Assembly: GCA_902767565.1 (NCBI GenBank)
Contig: CACXHY010000001.1
Span: 166,217 to 230,216, forward strand
Origin: an uncultured Eubacteriales bacterium
Lineage (GTDB): Bacteria > Bacillota > Clostridia > Christensenellales > Aristaeellaceae
Direction of reading: 5' to 3'
Length of the DNA stretch: 64,000 nucleotides
How positions within the stretch are numbered: the first letter of the stretch is position 1; each line of letters opens with the position of its first letter. Positions 36,174 through 45,663 of the stretch are shown here, piece by piece. Below the pieces are notes generated by a model that ran no database searches, was not told the DNA's origin, and saw only the letters and a program-made list of their open reading frames with translations. Both the position numbers and the translations under genes were made by a program.

Positions 36174-36692
36174 ATGGCCGAAACCCTGATCACCCTGAAA
36201 ACACGGCGCAGCTGCCGGGCCTACAAGCCGGAACTGATCGAAGAGGACAAGCTGAACGCCATCATTGAAGCCGGCACCTACGCCGCCACCGGCATGGGCC
36301 GGCAGTCGCCCATCATCATCGCCGTCACGGACAGGACCGTGCGGGACCGGCTCTCCCGGATGAACGCCGCTGTCATGGGCGCCGGCTCCGATCCCTTCTA
36401 CGGCGCGCCGGAACTGCTGATCGTGCTGGCTGACCGGGATATGCCCACCTATCTGTACGACGGCAGTCTGGTCCTCGGGAACATGATGAACGCCGCCGCG
36501 GATCTGGGCGTAGCCAGCTGCTGGATCCACCGGGCGAAGGAAGAGTTCGAGAGCGAGGAAGGCAAGGCCTTCCTGAAGGAGCTTGGCATCGAGGGCAACT
36601 ACGAGGGCATCGGCCACCTGATCCTCGGCTACGCCGCAAAGCCCGCCGCGGATCCGGCTCCCCGGAAGGCTGATTATGTCTACAGGGTGTGA
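36174..36692 (+). CDS. nitroreductase family protein
   Basis: LKTRRSCRAY...; small NAD(P)H nitroreductase fold signature; RBS AAAGGAGGAG. Confidence 0.8.
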   Translation: MAETLITLKTRRSCRAYKPELIEEDKLNAIIEAGTYAATGMGRQSPIIIAVTDRTVRDRLSRMNAAVMGAGSDPFYGAPELLIVLADRDMPTYLYDGSLVLGNMMNAAADLGVASCWIHRAKEEFESEEGKAFLKELGIEGNYEGIGHLILGYAAKPAADPAPRKADYVYRV

Positions 36693-36766
36693 TCGCTCCG
36701 CATCCCGCGCACCCGCAAGCCGCTTTGCCCGCCTGCGCGTCTGACAGGACAGGAGGACACGATCCC

Positions 36767-37936
36767 ATGCTTCCCACCCTCGCACCCGAAACTCGGAGCT
36801 GGCTGGACGACGTCCACAAAAAGCTGTGCCGCAAAATGCCCTATGCCGTCGAAAAGGCGCGGCAGGTCCCCTGGATCCCCTACAGCACCCGGGACGGCGG
36901 CTGGGCACCCAACGCCATCGACTGGTGGACCAACGGCTTCTGGCCCGCCGCCATGTGGCAGATGGCGCTGGCTACCGGGGATGCCCGCTACCGGGAGGAG
37001 GCCGTGCGGACCGAGATCATGCTGGACGACGCCCTCGCCCATTTCGACATCCTCAATCACGACGCCGGCTTCATGTGGCTGATCTCCTCGGGCGTCCGCC
37101 ACGCCCTGGAAGACAGCGCGGAAAGCTATGGCCGCGCCATGCGGGCCGCCCAGCACCTCGCCTGCCGCTTCAATCCCAACGGCTTTATCCGGGCCTGGAA
37201 CGGCGCTCACAACGCAGGGTGGGCCATCATCGACTGCATGATGAACCTGCCCCTGCTTTACTGGGCCAGCCGGCAGACCGGGGATCCCCGCTTCCGGCTG
37301 ATGGCCGAGCGTCACGCGGACACCGCCATGCGGACATTCGTGCGGCCGGACGGCAGCTGCCACCACATCGTGGCCTTTGACCCCGTGACGGGGGATGTGA
37401 CCGACACCCCCTGCGGGCAGGGATTCGCGCCGGGTTCCAGCTGGAGCCGGGGACAGGCATGGGGACTGTACGGTTTCACCCTGAGCTGGCTGCAGACCGG
37501 GAGGCGGGAATACCTTGACACGGCGCGACGCATCGCCGCCTGTTTCGTCTCACAGCTGACGGAGGACGGCATCCCGCGCTGCGATCTCCGTCAGCCGGCG
37601 GAGCCCGACCTGAAGGACTGCGCCGCCGGAGCCATCGCGGCCGCCGGGCTGATCGTGCTGTCACGGGAAACGGAGGAGCGGGAGGCCGCTATGTTCCTGG
37701 AGGCGTCGCTTCGCATGCTCCGGGCAATGGAACGGACGTGCGTCAACTGGGCTTTGGACGATCCGGCCCTGCTGACCCGCTGCACGACTGCCTATCACGA
37801 TCCCGGCGGTCATCACATCGCCATGGTCTACGCGGACTATTTCTTTATCGAGGCGATCGAGGCGCTGCGCGGGCAGGAAATGCTGTTCTGGGCACCGGAC
37901 CTCCGCTCCGCGGGGAAGGACGGTGAGCGCCCGTGA
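36767..37936 (+). CDS. glycoside hydrolase family 88/105-like (unsaturated glucuronyl/rhamnogalacturonyl hydrolase)
   Basis: WTNGFWPAAMWQMALATGD, HDAGFMW and SRGQAWGLYGF motifs; RBS GGAGGAC before ATG 36767. Confidence 0.6.
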   Translation: MLPTLAPETRSWLDDVHKKLCRKMPYAVEKARQVPWIPYSTRDGGWAPNAIDWWTNGFWPAAMWQMALATGDARYREEAVRTEIMLDDALAHFDILNHDAGFMWLISSGVRHALEDSAESYGRAMRAAQHLACRFNPNGFIRAWNGAHNAGWAIIDCMMNLPLLYWASRQTGDPRFRLMAERHADTAMRTFVRPDGSCHHIVAFDPVTGDVTDTPCGQGFAPGSSWSRGQAWGLYGFTLSWLQTGRREYLDTARRIAACFVSQLTEDGIPRCDLRQPAEPDLKDCAAGAIAAAGLIVLSRETEEREAAMFLEASLRMLRAMERTCVNWALDDPALLTRCTTAYHDPGGHHIAMVYADYFFIEAIEALRGQEMLFWAPDLRSAGKDGERP

Positions 37937-39069
37937 CCGTACGGCAGGAATGGCTGGACAGCCTGCTGCGCATCGTTTCGCCTGTGCTGAACGCGCTGGC
38001 GGAAGGCCGGCTGAAAGAGACGCTGCCGCAGGACTTTCAACCCGACCGTGCACGTTTCGCGCCGCTGGAGGCCTTTGCCCGGAGCATGCTGGGCCTGGCC
38101 CCCTGGCTGGAGGCGGACCCTGCGGAGCTGAGCCCGGAGGAAAGGAAGCTTCAGCGCGTCTGGCGGGAAAAAGCCCTGGTCTGCCTGGATCGGGCCACAG
38201 ATCCCGCTTCGCCTGATGCCATGCTGTTTGACCGGGACGGACAGCCGCTGGTAGACATCGCCTTTCTGGCGCACGCCGTTGTGCGGGCTCCCCGGGCGCT
38301 GGCGGGTGCCCTGAACAGCCGGGTCCGCCGGCAGCTGGCGGACGCCTTCCGGTCCAGCCGCAGGATCCCGTCCGGTGAGTCCAATTGGATGCTGTTCACC
38401 GCCATGGTGGAAGCCGGGCTTTTCGCGCTGGGCGAGGAATGCGATCTCATGCGCATCCTGGCGCCGCTCCGGGCCTTTCAGGGCTGGTATCTGGGCGACG
38501 GCATTTACGGGGACGGTCCCCGTTTCCGCTGGGATTCGTACAACAGCTTTGTGATCCAGCCCATGCTGACGGATCTGGTGCGGCAGACCGCCTGCCTTCA
38601 TCCCGACATAGAGGCCATGAGGGAAAACGTCCTGCGCCGGGCTGCCCGCCACGCCTCTCAGCTGGAGAGGATGATCGGTCCGGACGGGAGTTACCCTGTT
38701 ATCGGCCGTTCCGTCTGCTATCGCTTCGGTTCCTTCCAGATGCTGGCCCAGGCCGCGCTGCAGCATATGCCGTTACCCGGCCTCTCCCCTGCCGCCGTCC
38801 GCTGCGGCCTCACCGCCGTGATCCGCCGGGTGTCGTCCGGGGACGGGATGTTTGACGGCGCTGGATTCCTGCGGCCCGGCATCATCGGCTCGCAGCCGGA
38901 GCTGGCGGAGTATTACATCAATACCGGCTCCCTCTACCTGTGCAGCGCGGTTTTCCTGCCGTTGGGGCTCTCCCCCGCCGATGCCTTCTGGGCCGACCCC
39001 GATGCCGACTGGACTTCCAGGGTCATCTGGGGCGGCGGTGCCGGCACATTGGACCACGCCGTCGATTGA
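37933..39069 (+). CDS. DUF2264 domain protein
   Basis: Length and motifs consistent with DUF2264; commonly paired with GH88/105 hydrolases; GTG start overlapping the upstream stop. Confidence 0.55.
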   Translation: MTVRQEWLDSLLRIVSPVLNALAEGRLKETLPQDFQPDRARFAPLEAFARSMLGLAPWLEADPAELSPEERKLQRVWREKALVCLDRATDPASPDAMLFDRDGQPLVDIAFLAHAVVRAPRALAGALNSRVRRQLADAFRSSRRIPSGESNWMLFTAMVEAGLFALGEECDLMRILAPLRAFQGWYLGDGIYGDGPRFRWDSYNSFVIQPMLTDLVRQTACLHPDIEAMRENVLRRAARHASQLERMIGPDGSYPVIGRSVCYRFGSFQMLAQAALQHMPLPGLSPAAVRCGLTAVIRRVSSGDGMFDGAGFLRPGIIGSQPELAEYYINTGSLYLCSAVFLPLGLSPADAFWADPDADWTSRVIWGGGAGTLDHAVD

Positions 39070-39326
39070 AAGCAGCCGCTCGGGCTGTGCCGGCACCTGT
39101 GGGACTCCTTCATCGCGGCGCCGCGGCGCCGCGTTGCTTGTTCAGCCTTCGCATGGCCGGACGGCGGGAAACACGCCCGAAAATGCCTTTCCATCGGGGG
39201 CCGGGGACGTTTTTCCGCGGAAAGCTTCCCCCGGACGGCTCACTCTCTCCTCACCCTCCCGGCGGAGAGCGGCCGGAGGTGAACGATAACTCGCCGGTTT
39301 TTTCGGCGCTTTTTGCTTTCCGCCAT

Positions 39327-39355
39327 TTGACGGACTGTTCCCGACATGATATGAT
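39327..39355 (+). promoter_or_regulatory. sigma70-like promoter (TTGACG-17-TATGAT) at the truncation junction upstream of the ABC transporter genes
   Basis: TTGACG at 39327-39332 and TATGAT at 39350-39355. Confidence 0.5.
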
Positions 39356-39357
39356 AG

Positions 39358-39567
39358 GTTGATTATGTATCGGATGCGCTGGACAAACTCAGCTGCACCC
39401 GCATCGTCATCGCTCACCGCCTGTCCACCATCCGCAACTGCGACCGGATCCTCGTCATGAACAAGGGCACGATCATTGAGGAAGGCACCTATGAGGAACT
39501 GATCGCGGCCGACGGATATTTCGCGGAACTGGTCGAGCGCCAGCGGCTGGACACCGCGAGCGCCTGA
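39358..39567 (+). pseudogene. 5'-truncated remnant of an ABC exporter ATP-binding gene (last ~70 codons only)
   Basis: VDYVSDALDKLSCTRIVIAHRLSTIRNCDRILVMNKGTIIEEGTYEELIAADGYFAELVERQRL is the D-loop/H-loop C-terminus of ABC exporters. The frame opens directly after a TAG at 39355-39357 and has no start codon. Confidence 0.7.
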
Positions 39568-39611
39568 CCGCATCCATCCCACGATATGGCTCACAGAAAG
39601 GAGATCATTCT

Positions 39612-41006
39612 ATGGAGTCCTGGCTTGTCAAAGGCGTGTTCGATCCGCTGGAGTTCATCGGCACGCTGTACTTCGGCACGCTGTCATGGTATACCATCGT
39701 CTGCCGTCTGCTGATGATGCTGGGAATCTGGAAGATTCTTGAGAAGTCCGGCATCAAGGGCTGGTGGGCGCTGATCCCGTGGGCGCGGGATTACCAGCTG
39801 GCCCGGTGCGCCGGCCGAGAGCCCGAGGGCAGGGTCCTGAGCGTGCTGAATTTCGTCATCAGCATGGTCGACACCTTCGGCTTTGCGACGCTGGTGGCGC
39901 TGCACCGGGACGCGGAGGCCCAGGCTGCGAACGCGGTCATCATGGCCGATGTGCTCACCCTGACGCTGGGCCTTGCTTCAGTGATCTATCAGATCCGCGT
40001 TTATTCCGGGCTCTGCGAGGTATACGGTGTCCGCAAGCGCTGGCTCTGGGCGTGGATCCTGGACCCGACCAGCGCCATCGTGCCGCTGATCTGGGGTTTC
40101 GGCAAGAAGTTTCAGCCTGCCTGGCAGGTGGAGGATATCCGGGCGGAGATGGCCCGGCTGGCGAGCCGCGGCAGCGCCGACGTGATGGACGAGGGCCTGA
40201 CGGTGAATCTGGAGGAGCGCAGCGCCACGGAATTCTTCCAGAAGAAAGTGCTGCTGCGGGACATCCACATGTCCATCCCCCAGGGGCACATGGTCCTGCT
40301 GCTGGGCGGTTCCGGCGCGGGCAAAACCACCTATCTGAATGCCATCAACGGCTATGAGAAGGCCGATGCCAAGGTCCTGCTGAACGGCAGCGACATGTAT
40401 ACCCAGTACAAGAAAATGCAGTATGAGGTCGGATTCGTGCCCCAGGCCGAAATGATGCGGGGCAAGGACACCGTGCTGCACACCCTGCTGGACGCGGCAA
40501 AGCTCCGCCTGCCCCAGGACGTGACCGCGGCGCAGCGCCGGGAGCGCGTGAACGAAGTCATGGACATCTTCGGCCTCCAGCCTGTGAAGAACAACCTGGT
40601 GGAGAAGCTGTCGGGCGGCCAGAAGAAGCGCCTGTCCATCTCAATGGAATTCATCTCCAATCCGTCGCTGTTCATCCTGGACGAGCCGGACTCGGGTCTG
40701 GACGGCGTCATGGCGCGGGAACTCTTCGAGCAGCTGCGGAAGATCACCGACACCGGCAAGATCGTCATCGTCATCACCCACACGCCGGACCGCGTGATCG
40801 ACCTGTTCGACGACGTGATCGTGCTGGCCAAGGACAGCGCCCGCACCGGGCGGCTGGCCTTCTACGGGAGCATCGACGAAGCGCGCGCGTTTTTCGGGCG
40901 CGAGCGCATGGAACAGATCGTCAAGTCCGTCAACCGCAAGGAAGAGGGCGGCGACGGTCTGGCGGATGATTTCGTGATGAAATACGCGGAGGTGCAGCAT
41001 GGCTGA
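39612..41006 (+). CDS. ABC transporter ATP-binding protein with N-terminal ~180-aa membrane domain
   Basis: Walker A GGSGAGKTT, signature LSGGQKKRLSI, Walker B LFILDEPDSGLD. Confidence 0.85.
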   Translation: MESWLVKGVFDPLEFIGTLYFGTLSWYTIVCRLLMMLGIWKILEKSGIKGWWALIPWARDYQLARCAGREPEGRVLSVLNFVISMVDTFGFATLVALHRDAEAQAANAVIMADVLTLTLGLASVIYQIRVYSGLCEVYGVRKRWLWAWILDPTSAIVPLIWGFGKKFQPAWQVEDIRAEMARLASRGSADVMDEGLTVNLEERSATEFFQKKVLLRDIHMSIPQGHMVLLLGGSGAGKTTYLNAINGYEKADAKVLLNGSDMYTQYKKMQYEVGFVPQAEMMRGKDTVLHTLLDAAKLRLPQDVTAAQRRERVNEVMDIFGLQPVKNNLVEKLSGGQKKRLSISMEFISNPSLFILDEPDSGLDGVMARELFEQLRKITDTGKIVIVITHTPDRVIDLFDDVIVLAKDSARTGRLAFYGSIDEARAFFGRERMEQIVKSVNRKEEGGDGLADDFVMKYAEVQHG

Positions 41007-42291
41007 TGTGAATGAGAAAAAGGTCCGCAGCTTCAGGGCAAGGCACCGGGGCCGCGATGCGCAGGTGTTCATCTATCTGGGCAAGCTGCTGCGCATGTTC
41101 GTCTATCAGAGCGACTGGAAGGTGCTGCCCATGGCGGCCCTGATCGCCGGACTGGTGGGCATGGTCATCCGGAAGCGCATGTTCATCAACATGGAGGGCA
41201 CGCTCATGGGCGCCTTCGCCCTGGTATGCGTGTGCATCTGGAACGGCTGCTTCAACTCGATCCAGGTCATTTGCCGCGAGCGCGACGTGATCAAGCGCGA
41301 ACACCGCTCCGGCATGCATATCTCCTCCTACATCTTTTCGCACATGGTCTATCAGATGATGCTGTGCATCGCGCAGACCGCCATCACCCTGTATGCCCTC
41401 CGCCTGATCGGCATCAGTTTCCCCTCCAAGGGCCTGATCACGCCGTGGATGATCATGGATCTGGGAATCTCGATGCTGCTGATCACCTACGCTTCGGACA
41501 TGCTGTCCCTGTGGGTGTCCACCCTGGCGAAGACCACGACCACCGCCATGACCATCATGCCCTTTGTGCTGATCTTCCAGCTGGTGTTCTCCGGCGGCAT
41601 GCTCAACCTGCCGGCCTGGACACAGCCCCTGACCTACTTTACCATCTCCAACCCCGGCCTGAAGGTGCTGGCCGCGCAGTCGGACATCAACAACCTCCCC
41701 TTCGTGACGATTTCCGACATGATCGGCAGGATGCGGGACAACGAGATCAGCGGGGAGATCACGCTCGGACAGGTTCTGGACCTTCTCTCGGATGAGGAAA
41801 ACCCCACCGTGGCGAACATCCGCGAGATCGAGCTCGGCAGCATCCGGACCGTCGGCGAACTGCGGGACGCGCTGTACAGCTCGCAGACCGTTCAGGCTCA
41901 CCGCGATGACGCGCTCACGGAAGGATTCACCGTGGGGGACGCGCTGGATCTGCTGGAGCCCTTCTGGGAGCAGAACGCGGACACGCCCATCCCCGGCTCC
42001 ACAACGGTCGGCGCGGTGGTCGACTGGCTCGCAGCCAACCCGGATGTGCAGGCGCACCGGGAGGACAAGTTCAGCTTCAGCGTGACCGTGGGCCAGCTGC
42101 TGGATTTCGTGGGCGAGGAGAATGTGCGCACGTTCGTGGAGGAGAAAGCCGCAGCGACAAGCTACAAGCCGGAATACGAGCTGACCACGAAGAACGTCAC
42201 CGCCTACTGGCTGCACATCGGCGCGTTCATCCTGGGCTTCGCACTGCTGGCCACCATCACGCTGGAGTTCATCGACAAGGACAAGCGCTGA
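40999..42291 (+). CDS. ABC-2 type permease with large extracytoplasmic domain containing ~50-aa internal repeats
   Basis: Six TM segments; the region 41750-42200 encodes 2.5 repeats of the pattern TVGxxLDxL...VQAHR(D/E)D; start overlaps the ATPase stop. Confidence 0.75.
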   Translation: MADVNEKKVRSFRARHRGRDAQVFIYLGKLLRMFVYQSDWKVLPMAALIAGLVGMVIRKRMFINMEGTLMGAFALVCVCIWNGCFNSIQVICRERDVIKREHRSGMHISSYIFSHMVYQMMLCIAQTAITLYALRLIGISFPSKGLITPWMIMDLGISMLLITYASDMLSLWVSTLAKTTTTAMTIMPFVLIFQLVFSGGMLNLPAWTQPLTYFTISNPGLKVLAAQSDINNLPFVTISDMIGRMRDNEISGEITLGQVLDLLSDEENPTVANIREIELGSIRTVGELRDALYSSQTVQAHRDDALTEGFTVGDALDLLEPFWEQNADTPIPGSTTVGAVVDWLAANPDVQAHREDKFSFSVTVGQLLDFVGEENVRTFVEEKAAATSYKPEYELTTKNVTAYWLHIGAFILGFALLATITLEFIDKDKR

Positions 42292-42301
42292 CCGGAGCAA
42301 G

Positions 42302-42694
42302 CGATCCATTATCCTGGCGGAGATCACCCACCCGGACCAGAAGAAGATCCTGAACCGCCTGATCATCACCCTTCCTCTGCCGGGCGTCGGCGCGATCCTG
42401 ACGATGCTGGACTTCAATATGCTGTGGCGCTGCTTCTCCCGGAGCAGCCAGACGCTGGCCATGATCTCCCTGTGGGTGGCAACCGGGTATCTGGTGAAAG
42501 AGGGCAAGTACCGCTATGGGTCTCTGCCGACGGCGCTCCCCGCCGCCTTCATGTCAGCCGTCAGCCTCACCTGCATTCTGATGGCGGAGGAGGGCTTTGG
42601 GCTCTCTTCCTCCGTCGCCTGCCCGGCGGGAGCCTGCTTTGCCGCCGCCATGCTCGCCGTATATGCGGTGCTGTTCAGGCGGTTCCGCGGGTGA
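42302..42694 (+). pseudogene. C-terminal fragment of a CstA-like (carbon starvation protein A family) membrane protein
   Basis: FSRSSQTLAMISLWVATGYLVKEGK and YGSLPTALPAAFMSAVSLTCILM resemble the conserved C-terminal TM helices of CstA (FGxSNQxLAxxAL...K). No start codon or N-terminal body. Confidence 0.35.
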
Positions 42695-43370
42695 CAGCGA
42701 ATCAGGTCCTTCTCGCTGCGGACACGGCTGTCTTTGCACGGTTTTGGCAGTAGATCAACGGATTGTTCTTTTGCAAAGGGTCTGAGGTGTGAGAACAGCA
42801 ACAGAAAACAGCCGCACAACGCCTGGGAGCGCCTCTTTCCGCGAGGCGACAGACGCGCTTGTGCAAGCTGCGTACAGAAGAGTACTACATACAGATCAGA
42901 TTGTCAAGCAGCGCGAAGCATACGAACAGGAGTTGAAGGACACGACGAGGCTGAAACACATTACATCTGATCGGAAGCGGCATTGTATCCGGGTTTCGGA
43001 TGAGGTGAAGAGAATGAATAAGACAAAAGCTCGAGCCTCATGGGTATAAGTCCCGTCAACACCGCTGAAAGCGGAGAATCAGCTCAAGCTCCCTCAAAAC
43101 ATATCACAGAAGCTCGAAAGTGTCAAGCAGTCGCATTCGAGCGACCGGAAGCAACACGCAGGTATTATCCGTGAACACAAACGAAGGTGTCCGCCGTCCG
43201 TCGGATGCAGCAATGCTGCCCCCTCCGTACACGTCCAAGACGTCAACTGCAGACCCCTCAATTCGATTATGCCCGGAAAACCGACACCGTCAAGCAGCGC
43301 GATGCATTCGCGCAGGCTCAAATCACCGCTGAGACCGAAACGCATTACGGCGATCGGGAGCGGTGTTTTA

Positions 43371-44465
43371 TTACGCGCCGAAGTATGCCGAGATCTCCCG
43401 CATCCGTTCGCTCTGCCTGGCGCCGAAGGGACAGCGGCGGTCGCAGTGGCTGCAGCCCACGCAGTCCGAGGCGGTTTTCTCCAGCTTGCGGTAATGGTCC
43501 GCCGCCATGGCGTCCCCGGCCCGGGCCAGGTCGTAGTATTTGTTGATGAGGCCGATATCCAGCCCCGCCGGGCAGGGCTTGCAATGGTTGCAGTACACGC
43601 ACCGGCCGCCGGCCTCCGCCGGGGCGAAGGTGCCGATGACGCTGTAGTCCAGCGCCTCCTCGGGCTGCTCGAAATAGGCCAGCAGACGGCGCACATCCTC
43701 CGTATCCCGCACGCCGCATAGGGCGGTCAGCACCCCCGGCTTGTCCAGGACATACCGGATGCACTGGTAGGGCGTGAGGGCCGCGCCGAAGGGCGACTGA
43801 TCGGCGAAGAGCAGCTGGCCGCCGGAGAAAGGCTTCATGACCGAGATGCCGATGCCATCCTTCTCGCAGCGGCGGTATACCGCCTCCCGCTCCTCCACCC
43901 CGCCGTTGGCGAACTCGCCGTGACCGTAATCATAAGCGGGGTTGACGGAGAACATCAGCATGTCCACGGGCGCCTCGTCCAGGATGCGCTGAATGACGGC
44001 GGGCGTGTGGGAGGACAGGCCGATATGCCGGACCGTGCCGTCCTCCTTCAGCCTCAGCAGATGATCCAGGACGCCGTTGCGCCGGTAGGTCTCCCAGTCG
44101 CCCGGTTCGTCCTGGCAATGGATGAAGCCGTAGTCGATATAGTCGGTCCGAAGCTGTTCCATCTGCCAGGCCACCGAGCGCTTCACATCGTCGATCTTCA
44201 GGGACCAGCCGTAGGTGCCCTTGCTGTAATCCGCGCCGAAGTGGATCTGGTAGCGCACGTCCGCGCGCACATCCCTCAGCGCCTCGCCCCAGAGGGGAAA
44301 GGCCCTGCCGTCCCCGGCGGCGAGGTCGAAATAGCGGATGCCGCCCTCATAAGCGGTGCGCAGCGCCTCCACGCCCTCCTCCATGCCGGCCTCGTACAGA
44401 TAAGCCGAGCCGAGACCGATCACGCTGATGCTGTCGCCCGTGCGCCTGTTGGTCCTGTACTCCAT
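43371..44465 (-). CDS. aldo/keto reductase fused to a C-terminal Cys-rich 4Fe-4S ferredoxin-like domain
   Basis: AKR N-terminus MEYRTNRRTGDSISVIGLGSAY; C-terminal CVYCNHCKPCP...CVGCSHCDRRCP; RBS GGGAGG before ATG 44465. Confidence 0.8.
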   Translation of the reverse strand: MEYRTNRRTGDSISVIGLGSAYLYEAGMEEGVEALRTAYEGGIRYFDLAAGDGRAFPLWGEALRDVRADVRYQIHFGADYSKGTYGWSLKIDDVKRSVAWQMEQLRTDYIDYGFIHCQDEPGDWETYRRNGVLDHLLRLKEDGTVRHIGLSSHTPAVIQRILDEAPVDMLMFSVNPAYDYGHGEFANGGVEEREAVYRRCEKDGIGISVMKPFSGGQLLFADQSPFGAALTPYQCIRYVLDKPGVLTALCGVRDTEDVRRLLAYFEQPEEALDYSVIGTFAPAEAGGRCVYCNHCKPCPAGLDIGLINKYYDLARAGDAMAADHYRKLEKTASDCVGCSHCDRRCPFGARQSERMREISAYFGA

Positions 44466-44664
44466 GCCAACGCCTCCCTTTGTCGGCTGCATCCCGAAAC
44501 GGACGGCGCTGTCCGTACCGCCCGCGTGTACTTTGGGATCCGGTTCCGATTCCTTGATTCCCTGATGATATGATATAATATCCCACCGGGAGAAAAAGCG
44601 CAAGGGCTTCCATGCACCCGGCTCCGCGGCATGCGGGATGATCTGCGGGATGGAGAGGGATCCG

Positions 44665-45096
44665 ATGAGATTCAGGCACACGAACCGGCACGGCTTCCTG
44701 ATCGGCTTTATCGATTTCTTTACGGCGGGGATCTTCCTGCTCTTCTACATGCCGCTGAGCGGGCTGCAGGATGAGATCGAGGAAGTCCTCGGCCACCGGG
44801 TGCTCCCCTATCGGAAGGCCTATCTGCTGGGCATCCCGACGCTCTTTGCGTACCCGCTGATCTGGATGGCGCGGATCTGCCAGGAACTGAAGGACAGGGC
44901 TATCGCGCTCGGCGTTGACGGCCCGTACACCAGCTGGCGCCACATGGTCGGATGGAACACCCTGGGCCTGCCGCTGATGGGCCCCGCGGTGGCCACGCAC
45001 CGCTTCTTCAATACCCTGAACCGGGTGGAAGCCGAACTGAACCGGCGGACAGCCGGCGAAACCGCTGGACCGGCAGAGAGGAGAGCACAGCCATGA
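44665..45096 (+). CDS. DUF4234-like small membrane protein
   Basis: Two hydrophobic helices with GxY...W-type motifs. Confidence 0.45.
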   Translation: MRFRHTNRHGFLIGFIDFFTAGIFLLFYMPLSGLQDEIEEVLGHRVLPYRKAYLLGIPTLFAYPLIWMARICQELKDRAIALGVDGPYTSWRHMVGWNTLGLPLMGPAVATHRFFNTLNRVEAELNRRTAGETAGPAERRAQP

Positions 45097-45353
45097 TCCG
45101 GACGACCGTGAAGATCTCGGGCATAATGTGCGGCAGGTGTGAAGCCCACATCAACGACGCCATCCGGGCGGCCTTCCCTGTGAAGAAGGTCTCAGGCTCC
45201 CACGGAAGGCGTGATGCTGTCATCCTCTCGGAAGTGCCGCCCGACGCGCAGAAGCTCCGGCAGATCATCGACGCCACGGGGTATACCTTCGTGTCCGCGC
45301 AGACGGAGACCACCGCCGAAAATGGGCTTTTCGCCCGGCTGTTCGGGCGCTGA
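45093..45353 (+). CDS. heavy-metal-associated (HMA) domain protein, CopZ-like
   Basis: ferredoxin-like fold pattern with a degenerate metal-binding motif MCGRC (canonical HMA motif is GMxCxxC); 86 aa; overlaps the upstream stop. Confidence 0.5.
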   Translation: MIRTTVKISGIMCGRCEAHINDAIRAAFPVKKVSGSHGRRDAVILSEVPPDAQKLRQIIDATGYTFVSAQTETTAENGLFARLFGR

Positions 45354-45392
45354 CCCGGCCTCCGCCATTCTCGGTACAAACAAGGAACACGG

Positions 45393-45600
45393 GTAACTGT
45401 TCAGTCGGTCGGCAGACCCACATGGATGGACAGGAAACGCACAAATCGGTTTTCTTCCAAGCGAGCCGTGTATGGCGGGTGCGGGCCGCAGGCCCGCACT
45501 CTCTTCTCCCCCTTCCCTCGGGAATGGGGTAGGGGGATGGGGCAAAGCGGTTTGGAGATCATCTGCTGACGCAGTTCACAGGGCGGACTGAACAGTTACG
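45393..45600. repeat. 14-bp perfect inverted repeats (GTAACTGTTCAGTC / GACTGAACAGTTAC) bracketing ~180 bp of non-coding DNA
   Basis: The left arm is at 45393-45406 and the right arm at 45587-45600. The interior has G-rich and C-rich tracts and a GTGCGGGC/GCCCGCAC hairpin. Confidence 0.7.
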
Positions 45601-45634
45601 AACATAGTTCGATCCAGCAGCGCTTTCTCCGGTG

Positions 45635-45663
45635 TTGACAAGTGGCAAAGCATGTGATATGAT
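45635..45663 (+). promoter_or_regulatory. consensus sigma70 promoter (TTGACA-17-TGaTATGAT) of the DUF3793 gene
   Basis: TTGACA at 45635-45640 and TATGAT at 45658-45663. The ~125-nt leader contains the self-complementary CCGCGCGG...CCGCGCGG hairpin (45691-45730) and GTTAGTTTATGCTAAC. Confidence 0.65.
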
